The notes under the pieces were generated by a model. The model searched no databases. It worked only from the letters and a program-made list of their open reading frames with translations, and was not told the DNA's origin. A stretch of DNA of 63,731 bases, the filler included, from Platydemus manokwari (Eukaryota), in assembly GCA_037951405.1 (NCBI GenBank). It is 6 parts of 6 records of this genome, joined end to end, with 100 filler letters (N's around TTAATTAATTAA, not from the genome) between each part and the next. Parts side by side here need not be neighbours in the genome. Positions count along the whole stretch, not along the records: positions 1 to 15,821 come from JBBMOY011234764.1; 5 more parts are not named here. One strand, 5' to 3'. Positions 1 through 14,090 of this stretch are shown piece after piece (position 1 is the stretch's first letter; each line of letters starts with the position of its first letter). Both the position numbers and the translations under genes were made by a program.

Positions 1-77
1 TGATAAGACGTAGAATCGATCAATCAAAAGAAAGAATAATAAATCATAAAAAGCGAGTGACCCCAAAACGTATCACA
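1..77 (+). mobile_element. 3' end of a diverged family-A-like LTR, cut by the window edge
   Basis: TGATAAGACGTAG...GACCCCAAAACGTATCACA resembles the family-A 3' end (CTGATTAAGACGTAG...GACCCTGAAACGCAACA at 34463-34545, minus strand) and ends in CA. Confidence 0.4.
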
Positions 78-399
78 ATTACTGTCAGATTAAAAAATTG
101 TCAAAGGTTCCAAAAGCCACCATATATAATGTAACAATTTATTTAGTTCTAATGAGCTACTGGATATAAATTATTGATTAGGAAAATAACAATTATAAAA
201 ATAATAATAATCATTATTAACGATACATCTTCAAAATACATAAATATATTTAGAGGACAGTGACACAAATTATTCAAATCACTCATCTAGCTTGTTGACA
301 TGTGCTGTCTTTATTAAATTTAGCTTGTTTATATCCACGCGCGCAGTTAAAAATGACGGTTTAAGTATTTTCATTGTACATCAACTCTTACATCGATGA

Positions 400-720
400 T
401 GGGAAATAACTCAGCGACTAAACAAAGATCAAAAAGTCTTTGTCATCAAAAAGTTTTATAAAACTTCGAATAAATCAGAAACGTGTTATTTATTTTAACG
501 GGAATTTCAAAGGAATATCAACTGTGATCCAAGCTTATTATGCGGTTCGAAGTTGCAGATTCAACAGGTGACTTCCTAAGACCTGGACGACTCGTAACCG
601 TTCGTATCCCAGAAAATCGTCAAATTATTAAGGGTGCTTTTACTTTAAGTCACCACAAAATCGACAAGACGTGCATTGATAGAACAATGAAATACCAAAT
701 ATTTCTTGTCAGATACTTTG
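400..720 (+). mobile_element. Degraded N-terminal part of a rosa/DD41D-type Tc1/mariner transposase
   Basis: Frameshifted reading QRLNKDQKVFVIKKFYKTSNKSETC...RFEVADSTGDFLRPGRLVTVRIPENRQIIKGAF...KSTRRA resembles the HTH and GRP..VR..EN...SP.KS.RR region of this family. Confidence 0.55.
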
Positions 721-1409
721 AACGAGGAAAGAGAAATACGATTGAATAAAAGTAAATCGCCTGGGAATAAGCTTTTAATGTAACGATTTGAATTATATTG
801 CGTGACGATAAAACAGAACTATAAAAACATCATAACCTCGCCCCAAATAATTACTGGAAATCGATTGACTATATATTCAACGACCCTTTACTTTAACTTG
901 AGTTAGATCGTTTATAGTAGTTATCATGTATTGTCATTATATAGAGCTTTGTCTCACGAAACACTCTGAAGGTAACTGAATTTGGACTCATTTCATTTGG
1001 GCATTGACAAAGTTTGTGTTGTACTCTTACAGTGTGCACTTTTCGATTATTCGTCATATATAATTATATAATTATATTACACTAGTTTACTTTCTTGAAT
1101 ATGGGCAATTATTGAATGAAATCTAATTCGATAATCATATTGATTATTAATAGATATTAAGACAATATTAATTTAAACTCTTACTATTAATCGAATATGT
1201 TTGTTTGGGTTCTGGATCAACAACTAATCCACAACAATTAATTTACATTGGAAAAAATATGTCTATACATTTGCATGATATTACGTACTTTTATTGCATC
1301 AACTTTTATTTAATCCGCATGTATTTTTTATATTTTGACAACCTTTGAAATTTTCGAGCAATAACCAGTTTGAAATATTGATATTTATAATAATTACTGT
1401 AATAAAAAT

Positions 1410-1515
1410 TTAAATTCAATAAAAATTCAAATTCAATACAACATTAAATTCAATACAACATTAAATTCAACATAAATCTTAATTCAATATAAATTAAATT
1501 CTATACTAATTCAAT
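1410..1515. repeat. Degenerate tandem repeat, unit about 17 bp (AAATTCAATACAACATT)
   Basis: Several adjacent AAATTCAA-containing units, two of them near perfect. Confidence 0.6.
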
Positions 1516-1674
1516 TTGATATTCTCACAATTATTTTTATATACGTAAAATAATAATATCAATAAAACCACCAATAGCAAAACAACCGAAATTCCCTAAA
1601 ACAATAAATTAATTCATAAAATATTAACACCCATGAGATATCACGCATTAACAGCGTCGAAAATTGTCATCTAT

Positions 1675-2508
1675 TTTTGCACTTGAAAATTCTGTCCCAG
1701 AATAAAATAATTACTCGATTAAATTTTACTGGCATTAAATTTAATCGCAGAGAATGTCTGCGAATGGTTCACACTGTTTATATAAGGCAGCACTCACAAT
1801 CAACACGGCCGTTATTTTCACTGCCATAATTCTCGTTGCGAAATTTCACAGCCACAGTTATACGAAGATACGTTATCTTACACGACAATCTGGTCCGCAG
1901 TAGAAGATCGTTCAAAGCAGAAGACCAATATTCCATATATGCCCAGTATTTACTGGCTGTCCCATGAGTAAGATCCCTTCTTGTAAAATACTGATCTATA
2001 TTATATTATTATTTCTATCTTTGTCGTTCAAAAGTCTTGAAGGTAACTGGTTCTATGTAACCCGTTGTAAGGTTTCTTATAAGTGTAATTTGATGTATAT
2101 TGTAGTTCTAAACCCATTTGTAATTTTATTTTATTATTTTTCAAACAGGTTTTGGTGTATTTGTGTCATTATTAATAAATATTTGTAACAACAAGTTTTA
2201 GTTCTCATTCATATAGGAATCATTAATCATTATTCGTAATTGTGGTAATTATCACAGTTAACAGTTTTGAATAGGATTGTAGTTTTACATAATTTGAGAC
2301 TGATAGTTAGTTTAAGTAAAATATATCACTATTGCTACACTTATTGTCTTCACGTAATAAGGTTGTGCTAGATGAATGAACATCAACATAAGGTATATTA
2401 CACCTGTGGCCTTAATCAAGAGCTCGTAGAGACTGATTAAGACAGTACTGGTATCAAATAGGATCAAGCTTAGTCAAACAATAAATTCAATAAGGCCCTA
2501 ACGTAACA
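1675..2508 (+). mobile_element. Probable solo LTR, family A
   Basis: Collinear similarity to 15945-16806 (e.g. TCGCAGAGAATRTCTGCGA, TATATAAGG, ACACGGCC, ACCTGTGGCCT). Ends in CGTAACA and contains TATA-like and AATAAA signals. The 5' boundary is approximate. Confidence 0.7.
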
Positions 2509-2822
2509 TATTAATCAGCGTTTAGACCTGGATTACAATCAGTCCTATTTGCACCAAGCGCTCTTTTATAAATTAAACTTTAAAAGGAACCAATAAGATA
2601 GCCAATTTGACGATAGTATGGTCCTTATACTTACTATCTCAGCTCCTTGGAAGACATGAAGTTAGAACGAGATCAACTTTCTACAATAAACCAAGACTTA
2701 TTTCATAAATATTGATTTTTCCATTAGTTAGATAAAAAATGAGATTTGCTTTAATATTATAAAACAAAAGGTGTAATTTTGAATTAGAATAAAATATTGA
2801 TGCAAACGAGTTATCTTTTTAC

Positions 2823-2833
2823 TGGCGACCACG
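2823..2833 (+). promoter_or_regulatory. Retrotransposon primer-binding site TGGCGACCACG (complementary to the tRNA-Arg(TCG) 3' end)
   Basis: The same 11-mer occurs at 51504 (+) and 59331 (-), in both cases next to an LTR end. Confidence 0.5.
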
Positions 2834-3049
2834 CCGAAATTAACGCGCTGACTAGAGCTAAACAAGAAGAGAGGCAGAAAATTTTTGCAAATCTGCCACA
2901 AAAAACTTAGGAACTAATAGCAGTAGTATCATTGATATAAATGTGACATTTTTATCAACCCTAAATCATAATTAGAAACCACTAGAAGACGTGTTATTCG
3001 TACATTTACTTGGCGGCCATATCTGGTATTTGCCAGGTTACTCCAGTTA

Positions 3050-3545
3050 ACGTGATTTCAATTTTTGCTACAAACAACTGACCATTATTATATACCCATC
3101 GTATATTATTTTAATATAGAACTTTGACTCACAAATAACCCTTCCAGTATTTGGTTTTTCTTCACGAGAAGGAGTTTATTAACCGTTTCTTTAATCTAGA
3201 AATTGTTAAGGCTATCGTCTAGATTTTTATTAATTTTATACAGTAGTTATAACATCATTGTTCATTGTATTTTTATTTTAGTTGTGCTTGGTGAGAAATA
3301 TTAGTGTAATCAAGTGTTTGTTTATTGATCGAATAAAAATTGAGACTGATAAATTGAAGCTTACAAGATCATTGTCGCCTCGCCTATTATCTCCATATAA
3401 TATCGTTGGGCAAGGTGAAGAAAGAAAGCAAATAATGTTAATAGTTGTACCTCTGGCCTTGAACTGGAACTCTTTGAGACTGATCAAGGAAACAGTGATT
3501 CACAATAAAATTAGAATAACAATAAAGTTAAAAAAGCTAATGAAA
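3050..3545 (+). mobile_element. Diverged partial family-A LTR
   Basis: Blocks GGAGTTTATTAAC...TCTAGAAATTGTTAAGGCT, GCCTCGCCTATT...AGGTGAAG and ACCTCTGGCCTTG...GACTGATCAAGG align with 16330-16750. Confidence 0.55.
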
Positions 3546-3689
3546 CCCAAAACCAACAATTTAAATAATTTTTCATTTTAATAACCTGCTGCTCATGATG
3601 ATATCTGATTGACTTTGCATTTGCGCTGAGTATCTTACCATTGTTTTTTCAGTTTTGGCAAAATCATGTTTGTGTTGGAATTTAGAAAA

Positions 3690-4870
3690 TAAAGCTTCGT
3701 CAATTTGAGATAATCGATAGCGTTACTATGCTCCTAATCTTTTCTATATCTTAGTTTAAAGTCGTATTCCAACAGATTGGCCATCGATGTTTGGAAATGA
3801 GGACTAATTGGTTTTTTGTTGTATTTATGAATACTAGGGCATTATGATCTGTGGTAACAATTTTCTTCGCTTACAGATATTGTCTGAAATGCATAACAAA
3901 TTTATGAATGACCAAAGGCTCTTTGATTGTAAGACATATGCCTTTTTCATTGCACGTCAACAACCGCGATACATAAATGATCATTATTTCCAATACGTTT
4001 TTGTAAGCTTGACACTGCACCAATCGTTCCACCTCTTGAGTCAGAATCCATAATAAGTGCTCAACTTTCTTTTAGATAATCCAAAATAGATGCTTCATAA
4101 AAGCTATCTGGCCATGACCTTTTCATCAAAATTTAGGTACTTGTTTCTCAATGAGAATTAACCTTCGTCATAGAAGAAATAAAGTCTGAATCGCAATCCT
4201 TCGTCTTTCGGCTCTGGTGAAGCTCATCTTTCACTGTAGAGTTTGCTGGTAGTTTGATTCATTGATCGTGAAAACAGATCTTGTTTTTAAAATTATTTCT
4301 CCTCCACTATTATTGGTTTTGAGTTTTTGAATATCATCTCCTTTTCATGATTTTCTCTTTCACTTATTTTCAAATGTTCTCTATGTTGTAAAACTATGGT
4401 ATTTCCAAAATTTCGCCAACAAAAATTATTCATCTTAATTCGATAATATGAGGCATTTGTATTCCATTTATTTTGCGATACTTCTCTATTTTAGTAGAAC
4501 TTGACAATTGACTGAATTTCGGACATTTCAATTTATGGCTTTTTCAAAAGATTTTCATTGATGTACTCTCTTAAAAACGATATCTTAAACAAATGAATTC
4601 AACCGATTCTACCAATTTTTGAACTCATTTGTCAAATATTTTGGTGAACTCGGTGTAATTCAACAATGAAGTCAATAAGTGTTTTTTTATTGTAAAGATT
4701 TCCACGAACCGCCTTGTTCTGTCTTTTTCTTTCGTTACTTCATTCTTGAAATTCCATAAGATGTCAGCTTTCATCTTTATAAATAGGTTAAACGCATATT
4801 GGATTTTACGGTCATTGATTAATGAAGTCTTTCGTATCCTGGATTCATCAAGTAGCTTCATTTAGGCTGT
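3690..4870 (-). mobile_element. Degraded Ty3/Gypsy pol fragment (RT remnant and RNase H)
   Basis: Minus-strand peptides LIMDSDSRGGTIGAV, VMHFRQYL, VTTDHNALVF and NLLEYDFKLRYRK are RNase H motifs; many stops and frameshifts. Confidence 0.7.
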
Positions 4871-7329
4871 ATCTGTTATATTTTCAAACATTGAAGTTCA
4901 GGGCCTCTTCTGTATTCTAAAGCAGTGACTCCAATAATATATTTTGCTTTGTTGGCTTCCTGGTAATAACATTAATTTCCACAGCGCGGTATCCAGTAAC
5001 AGTCACAATAAATGTAAATATAAATACATATTTTATAAACAGTATCGATTAACTGAATATTCAAACACCAGATAACAGATATATGAAACGAAATATAATT
5101 TAAATAAAACACAATCTGAAAGATATATATTAGTTCTATAACAGTTATAAGGTATTATATAATAGTTGCTATAGAGATTAATCCCATTGATATAGTACTG
5201 GACCAACCAAACCATTTCATTATTACTGAAGAATATTTATATAATTATCCCAATGCTTATGTTATGAAATGTGCTGCTATAGTATTGATTTTGGAGTTGT
5301 GTTATCAAAAGATGAGTGGAACGTAGTAAATGAATGAAGATTGATTTAAACAAGAAATAGAAAAGGAAAAAATTAGTTAGAAATGCAAAAGAGTAAAACT
5401 AATTACGATAAAAATTGCAATATAAAGGCAGTAAAATAATCAAAACAAAGATAACAAAAAAACATTGCATGTAGTTGAAGTATAAGGACAAATGAGAAAG
5501 TTAGCAAGGCGAATTCAAAATTAATGTCATTCAGTCTTTGCAATGTAGTGGATAATCCATTAACTACAAGTTTAAAGTGTCGATCGATCCGAAAATCAAT
5601 ATTTCTGAATTCGAGAGCCAGTAGAGTACGAAGCAAATTATTAGAGCGAAAGCAACAGATAAGTGGCCAGAAATTAATATTAGAAATTCAAGTGTTATCA
5701 ACAACAACATTTGGTGAGACAGTTGAGGAAATATAAGAGAAATAATTACAACAAAACACAAAATGATTGTGAAACACGAATATGATATATATATTACTAA
5801 TAATATTGGTTTAATACTCCATATTTTAACAAACGTGCTTCACCATACTTCCTATTTCAAAGCGTCTCAACAATGGTTGACAGTCCCTGCAGTCTTGCAA
5901 TCAAGTCTTTTTGTAACCACTGCTTTAATTGATGATGAAATAATCCTTTAATCCAATGATTTCTTTACCTTGGGCATTGATATTTTGCAATTATTCAAAG
6001 CACAGCACATCCGTGATTCATTTGGTCAGCATAGCAAGAGATAGTCATTCATCCTGAACGTCTTTAAAGTTTAGCCTTTGAAAAATTCGTTGGGGCAATT
6101 AATCAGCATATTAATAGAATATATTAGCTCTGTCAAAGTGCTGAACTAGCATTACCTAAATATAATATTCAACTGGTTAATTTCGTTACTTTGTTGACAC
6201 TCAAAGCCACTAAGGCAGAATAAATAAATGCCATTGCTGACTGTTTGAAAATCGTTTCATTGATCATTTTTTTCAAGCTTTATTCATTTTTATTCAATTT
6301 TTAAATTTATGAAGAATATTGGAATGTTTTAAAAGTTTAGCTCATAACCACAAATTATTATATCAAAAAAAAATTTATATTTAATGTATCTATGTATGTA
6401 AATATTATAATGAATCAGGCGAATTTTCTGATGACTAAAAATCTTTCCTTTTTTAACAAACAATCAAATTTTTATATCGAATTTATCCAAAACTTTCGGA
6501 AATAATATTTCTTATTCTCGTACTGATGATTTTACTGGATATTTTTTTATAAAACTAAATGAATTTGTGGTTTGGATTTTCTCAATTTGATATATACGAA
6601 TCTATACCTATCTCTAGTCTAAATTTAAAATCCTTCTCGTAGATCACCGATTAAAGACCATCTTTAAATTACCAACAATTTGTCATGGCATTCTTCCCAG
6701 AGGAGTTTCGACATTTTTAGACTAAAAATTAAAATCATACTCCATTAAATATTTTTAAAATTTCAAGAAATATTTTCTAGTTTAAGAAGAAAAATATGAA
6801 TTGAGAACCATTTTTGTAAATATAACGTGTTTTAAAATAATTAATTTTTTACTAAAAATATTTTGAATTATAAGAAAAGCCCAAAAATTAACACTTGTTC
6901 AGTTGTTGTAATAATACGAGAAAAGTAAAAATAAATGATAGAATTGGAATAAAACTTGTTAAATAAAATTTAAAGATATATCTCAATAAGATGACAATAA
7001 ATGTAATAATCATCACAAATAATAAAGAATAACTAAGAGTAAAATAAAAGAATAAAAAATAACAAAATATATGTATTTGTTTTTACAACAAATCGCATAA
7101 ACACAAAGTAGACACTTGCCTGTAGAGATTGGCAAATTACAGATAATATATTTACGTGGAAATAAAAACGTAATTAAATGACAGTAAAAATCTATGTTTT
7201 TTGAAATTTAAAAGAATTAAATGGTCAAATAATAAAATAGATTCGAATGGACAGCAAAAACGAGATAAAATATATAAAAGAAAATAAATAAAACGAATTT
7301 TAAAAATAATTATTTTTATATCAGATTTT

Positions 7330-7770
7330 TAATCGCGACAGTCAGTGTAAAATTACCTTGGAATGGTTCATTAAAAAATGCATATTTAGCAGAACATTGA
7401 GACAATCTAAAATTGTAACAATCTCTGTTATTGGGAAGACAGTAGAGACACATAAGGAAGAAATGAACATAACAGACACGGAACATAAACTGGCTCGCCA
7501 TAAAATTGCAGATTTTCTACACCATGGCTACGAAGCTCAATTTGAAATCCGCTAGACTTTACAGTGTTAAATTTGAAGAGACTATTTATTTTAGGCGATT
7601 ATTATCTTACAAGTTGGTTTTTACAAGTTATTTCAATAGGAATCATTTTTAATATCCAGGAACCTTGACCTAAACGTGATGATAAAATGTTTTTAATTTG
7701 ATGAAACCCTTGGCCATTTCCGCGGCAATATGATTTCATTCAAATATCTAAGACCGCATCTCATGTCTTC
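7330..7770 (+). mobile_element. Degraded Tc1/mariner-superfamily transposase C-terminal fragment
   Basis: PWLRSSI*NPLDF near 7523-7560 is a decayed WPxxSPDLNPLDF motif. Confidence 0.45.
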
Positions 7771-8849
7771 ATCTATCTATCTATCTATCTACCTATCTAT
7801 GTATGACATTTGATTGATAGTGCTCTTCTGGCGTACTGATTCTTTTTGAAACCATGTTGATTTAATTTTTTGTGATGCTAGCATAATAATCGAATGTTTA
7901 TTGGAATCTTTTGGATTAAACTGTATTTATCCAGCTATAGTTTTAAAATTTTATCTAATAAGAAAACACCATTAACTCCGTTAGTTGATTTAATTACAAT
8001 CTAAATGAAATCCAATATAATTTAATAAAAATCTATTTTCTAGTGGTTACTGAAACAACGTATGGAGAGAATTATATTGAATTTAATAATAACTCTCATT
8101 TAAAGACAAAAAATATTCTGTTACATTTGAGATTTGATGACCACCAGAGCAATATATTATTTAGAGTAAAGATTCTTTATTAAAATCTCATGATAACCAC
8201 GATAAAAAAAAGTGTATTAAATTTGCTTTTAGAGTTCAATACAATTAAAAACGTTATAATTAAATGAAAATATAAATTAAAGACAAACGAATATTGTTGG
8301 ATTGAATCGAATCAAAAATAAAGTTAGAAATTTGTTATCTCTATAGCAACGGGAATCTGGTGCGATGCAGTTGCTCAAAAATATCAGATAAATTGATTTG
8401 TACTATCATTATAATTTCTATGGATCTGTATTACCAAAATTATCAATACGAAACTGAATATTGGAAATAATAATGATGAATTAGCATTGAAAGTAGATTA
8501 TGTTGCTGTTCAGGTTTTAGTATCTACTCGTTTATTCCGATTTCAGTTTATAAAATTTCGATATAACCAATCTGTGTGTGATTTATTCAAGCCGAATCAA
8601 TGTAACAGTTTAAAATGAACATGTTCGGCTCATTAAGAACTGTTATTCTATAAGGAGATCTAAAATTGAAATTCCAATTTTAGGAACAAAACTATAAAGA
8701 AACATTAAAAAATGGAACAATAGCAACTTATTTCGGAATTATTGTGTGAGTGTAGATAATTAAAATCCATACATAAATCAAGTTTCTCGTAATGACATCT
8801 TAGTACGTGATGTTTATCGTTCATTTTAATAAAAATATTCGTTAATTTT

Positions 8850-9450
8850 GAACACAGAGAGAGCAGAATCATTTTTCAATTTTCTGGATTTGGGTTACAT
8901 TAGAAAATCTTTATAATCAATAGATTGATTTAATTTATGAAATGCTTATCTCAATTTCCTTTCAATATTGGAATTGTCTTGTAATTGTTTATTGAAAGTT
9001 CATTCCAGAAATGTTCATCAACCAACCAATTCCAATTTAGAATGAAAGATTCTGTGAAAGATCGAAGTAGTATTTGTGATGATTTCAGCATATTTTCAAA
9101 GTTGAAAACAATAAAATTAACAAAAAAGTTTCGAGATAAATATTTTTAAGCAGTCAACCATCAAAGTAGAATTCTATAATTTTCCCTTTACAGAAATTTC
9201 TAGAAATAACCAATTCTCCCTCAGGAACCTTTGAAGAAGATTTCAACACACTCAATTTGTTTGAAGTGAATTTGGTGGAAGTTTTCATTTTATTTTTATG
9301 TTTTTGATGGGCTGTATTGATGACTACTGAAAATGCAGGCAAATAAAATACAAATTCGACTCTAACGACAGTCCTTGATTGATTAGAATAATTCTAAAAA
9401 AATACATTTGAAACCAAACCATATCGACACAGCGATTACAGCTACCATTC
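8850..9450 (-). mobile_element. Possible highly degraded LTR-retrotransposon protease/RT remnant
   Basis: GKIIEFYFDG resembles the lead-in to the retropepsin active site, followed by IDYKDF. Weak. Confidence 0.25.
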
Positions 9451-10839
9451 GAAGCAGATAAATGAAAGCATTAAATTCAAGGAAAATCAATTATTCCTTT
9501 CCAATGGTGTATTTGTTGAAGAAATGATCAAATATTTTTCTTATCTATACATAATTATCCCAATTGATCTGTGAATAAAATCCCGGGAGATCCGACTATC
9601 TTTACAAAATTAGCATATGTTATCAACAACATCCACGATTATACAACCATTAAAATAGTATGAACACACAATTTTCCTCTGGAATTGTGGTGGTCAACAG
9701 TAACGATTTGTTAGGACCAGTAAGGAATTCATTCGGGAATTGAAGCTGTAAATCAAAAGTATAACATATTAAAAATATTCAATAATGTACCGATCTGCAT
9801 GATTATTATCATTAATGAATATGTTGTATTCATCTTCTTGTGTTTGTTGAGGATGTAGTTGATTTTTTAAAAAAAAAGTAGAATCACTGCTTACAACTGA
9901 AATCATCGACAATTTGATGATAATCTTGTCAGCATCAACTTGAACCTTAAATCTTTAAACTCCTGCTTATTTATGAGGTTATTTTATAAATGATTATTTC
10001 TTATAATCTTTTCATTTAATATTGCGTTATCTAGCATCACATAACATGCTTGTGCCTTGAAAGCATCTATATGGTTGACATGCATCGATTGTCTTTAAAA
10101 TTTAAAATAGTAGAGAAAATTTATCTTTATCAAATATTTATTGTATCTGAAAATAATTTTATCTGATTTCACGGAGTTCCAAAAGCCATGATAAACTCAT
10201 CCAAACTGACATTTTTACATTTATTAATGATTAATAGGGTAAGTTCCTTAAATTGTACAAATTCCTTCAGGAATTCGGCTTCATGTAATTCTTGACTTAC
10301 GAGGGTCTGATTTTTTACGCATTTCGAAAGAAGACTGCAACAAAGAATGAAGGTAGTGTTCAATATCGTCTAGACATATCAAATTAGCAAGATTATTTGA
10401 AAACGAAACAAAAGATGAAATCATACGGGATAACAAAGTTTGATTATAGCAGACAGTAACAGAGTTGATGATACAGTTCAGATTCATAGAGAAAATATTT
10501 ATGAGTGTCATCAAATAGTTTTTTCTTTTATCTCGTTTGCTTTGTGTAAAACTTTTCTAATATTTATAAGTTTTTGCTATTATTATCATAGCTTCAAATC
10601 AACTCTTTATATCACCATGGTCTTTGTAAATAAATAGAATATCAAATCAGTTCACAAGTTCAATCCTTTCACATTGAAGAAGACCAAATTAATTTTAATT
10701 TAATTTGTAGCTTGAAAAATAATTTTTTATACAAATTTATTGCAATTTTTTATCGAATTGAGAAAGCGTTGTTTGGAAATATTTTCAGACGAAATATTTG
10801 TATCCAATAATTATCAACAAGAACATCAATATTTAAATT

Positions 10840-11060
10840 TTCAATGCTAGATTATTTAGCACGTTTCTCCATGATTGCCTCACTTGAAAATTAAAAATCA
10901 ACAAAACATCACCGAAATAACAAAACATTGAAGATTTCGTTAATCGGTCTTTACAATGTGACAAATTGCAATCGAAAGGTTTTAACTCACATTACACCAA
11001 CACTCTTATTTCCGAGAACATCAACCGATAAAGTCATCTAATGTTTCCAACATTATCTAG
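10840..11060 (+). mobile_element. Possible degraded integrase fragment
   Basis: MLDYLARFSMIASLEN*KS resembles the (I/V)DYFSRF...L..K segment of rve integrases. Confidence 0.3.
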
Positions 11061-11379
11061 TTTTGAATCTTTCAAATTCCTATCGTCGGTAAAACTGGCC
11101 ATATTGTATTTCTGTAGATAAACACCGCAGTTAAACAATTAATCAAATCAAATCAAACGTCTAACGTCTACCCGAAGAAATACCACAATGGTTAATTTTG
11201 AAAATAAAATTTTCTCATTCCAGTTTATCTGGCGAGCAATTTTGTTGGAAATATTGTTAAATAAATTGAGCGACAGTTTTCATCAAAATTTTATCATGTT
11301 AAATAGAAATTTATGTGTATTACTCGTTTATCGGGGGTAATTTCAGAATTATATAGATTCGTGAAGTAGATAACCATTC

Positions 11380-12330
11380 AAGATTATTCAAGGTCATTTA
11401 AGTCATGGTTTTGTATGACATGCTATAATGATTCCAAACATAGCACTAAAGTATCTTTTCAATGCAATTTGTCGTACTCATCTTCTCGATTAGGGGATTC
11501 TCAACAAGCATTCAAATTCGATATTATATATATATAATATCGGAAACTGAGAAAAACAATGTGATGCTGTTCTAAAAATAATTTTGTAATGAAGCCGTTT
11601 ATTCGTTCACACATATATTTATATATATATTATTTTCAACCAGAATCTTTTATATTTGCCTTCACAACAACGCTGTTGTGTTCAGGATGCCAGACTGCTA
11701 TTACATGAGATATAATTGTTTTCCACACTACTATCTGCACTGAACAATTATATCACCTATTAAGGTTCGACGTCCACATAATTAGCTTGGTTGGAATCCC
11801 ATATAACTGAACAGCTCTCAATAACGGAAATCAAACCAAAATGCATTCTGTAAAAATTTCAAAGATCCGTTTCTGATCTCCATGCGAATAATGTCGAGTA
11901 GAAATTTTATCAGAGACTCCTTGATTTCTTTCTTTTTTGTTTCTCAAAATGTTTGCCGCAATAAATAAATTAATTTCGATGTCATCTGTTTATGATTAAT
12001 GTGATTAAGGATTTTTCTTTCTATGTTTTCCTTTGTTAAATTTAGATTTTCTCCCCAATATAAAGTTGAATTCTCATTCACATATAAGCAATACTGTGTA
12101 GCTAAACAAGTTGAAGTGTTATTATCAATGTCTATACCGAAATCGACATTGTTTTTCTGTCATTTAAAGCATTTGGCAACTTCATCTAATTAATATTTTT
12201 GGCTCTTTTCTCAATTCACCGATTTTCGATAATAAATTCATCATCTGATAATGAGGTGTTCATTTACTGGGAGTTGCTCTCCTAATGCTTTCATCAAACG
12301 TTTTTAAATTTGTTTTTGTAACGATTGATA
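11380..12330 (-). mobile_element. Degraded Gypsy-like integrase
   Basis: Minus-strand peptides VAKCFK*QK (CxxC remnant), RAVQLYGIPTKLI and AVWHPEHNSVVVKAN (YHPQxNGxVERxN-like). Confidence 0.5.
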
Positions 12331-13329
12331 TCTATATTTATCAATTCATATCTTAATCATTACTAGGACCCCAATTGTGTGTGGCTTATCAATGTCATAA
12401 GCTTGGATTACAATGACGGATGCTGTCCAGTCATCATTTCTATTCGTATTTGAAATTCTATTTTATTAAAAAATGTTCGAAATAACTAGAAAATATCGAT
12501 TTTTATCTCTTAAAATCGGTACCGATAAACTGTTATACAAATTTCGAGCCTTTCCAATAATAAAGAAATGTCTAAAATTAGTTAATCTTGCCTCACATTG
12601 TGAAGATTTTAAAATTATTATTATAAATAAATTTTAATTAATTAATAAATTCGAATGGAAACTAATTTATCAATCGATAATTTGTGCAAATTTATCAGAA
12701 TATATTTTTCCAGTGAACTTCAAAAATTGAAAATCAATTCAGAAATTATTAATGGATTAGCAATGGCTAACATGAGCTAATAATGAAATAAAATAAATTC
12801 ACGAGAAGGACGAGTTTGTAAGGAGATATTTGATAGGTCAAGGTTTATTTTTAAATTTATACTTATTTATCGAAATAATTTGAAATAATGTCATTATAAA
12901 TCGATTTATTTAATCGATTTTGTTTTGAAAAGAATATGGAGTGTGATCGCATTAAATGATTGACAAGAAATGTATTTGATTTATCTCGGGAACACAAATA
13001 TTTTCTGCAGTTTCCATTCCGTTATCACATATTGGGTTTCAATAAATTTCCATTTGTGATTCTCGTCACATTTTTGGTTTTGTTTTTCAAAAATAGTTTA
13101 ATCTTTTTGTTTTTATGTTGAATTTTTGGTTAAAATTTGTCACAGAATATCTTTGGAATAATCAATAATAATGGATTGAGACTGTTTGACATCAACAAAC
13201 ACATTATTATTTATTGAATGGTCTAAGTTCCCGGTGTTATTTAATATGTTTTAAAGTTTATTTTCAATAAAATTTGGCACATAATTTATCAATAATGTAC
13301 CTTCCCTCCCTTGTTGTTTACAACTCCTT

Positions 13330-14090
13330 CTTAATGTTCAACTTCAGATTTTCAGAACCTTGTTGGTAAAAATCGCCCCGTTTGAAATGGATCGAAAGAG
13401 GTAGAGATCTATCGCTGCCATATCGCCAAGTACGACTGATGTAACAACATTTCACCAACCATGAGTCTGAATATCTTTCTTGGTCATATTAGCAACAACA
13501 CAGCAGGGATTGTCGCGCAACAATTGAACTCCATGCTGCCAATTACACCTTCTCACTTAAATGGACGTGTTGAGTCTTTCAACCGATTGAGCATAGAGTT
13601 CCGCGCGGACCGCTTGGATAATCCATTCCTAGTCCCATCTTACAACGTCGTTTTACACTGGGCAGTATGACTTGTTTACCCGGGTATAATCATTCTTTCC
13701 ACTGCTTCATACTGTCTACAGGTAACACTTTGGTTTCCAGTAGCTATTAGCTAAAGAAATCTTTGTTTGTTTTCAAGTGTTGAACAAGCAAGAAAAGCAG
13801 CCTAGATTATTGTTCTTTAATTTTTGTTATTGTCACTTAAAGCAAGAGGAACCAGTGGATCACACTTCTCTACATTTCCCATGGATCGAAGTTGCTTCTC
13901 TATAAATTTCTTTACCAGCTCCAATGTTGTTTAACACGGATTTTTCCTACAAGAGTTGGTTTAATCTCTATTCATCAATCTCAACTGACGCTCAGAACAA
14001 GGTGTGTCTTTGAGATAAAATTCTCCATTTTTGAACTTGGGATACTATTAACGAGGTTTGTTGCTAAACAAATTGTATTTCTGTAAGTCA
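13330..14090 (-). mobile_element. Degraded mariner (DD34D) transposase
   Basis: PKFKNGEFYLKD, LVPLALS (WVPHEL-like), GVQLLRDN, DLYLFRSISN and FYQQG occur in the expected order with frameshifts. Confidence 0.75.
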
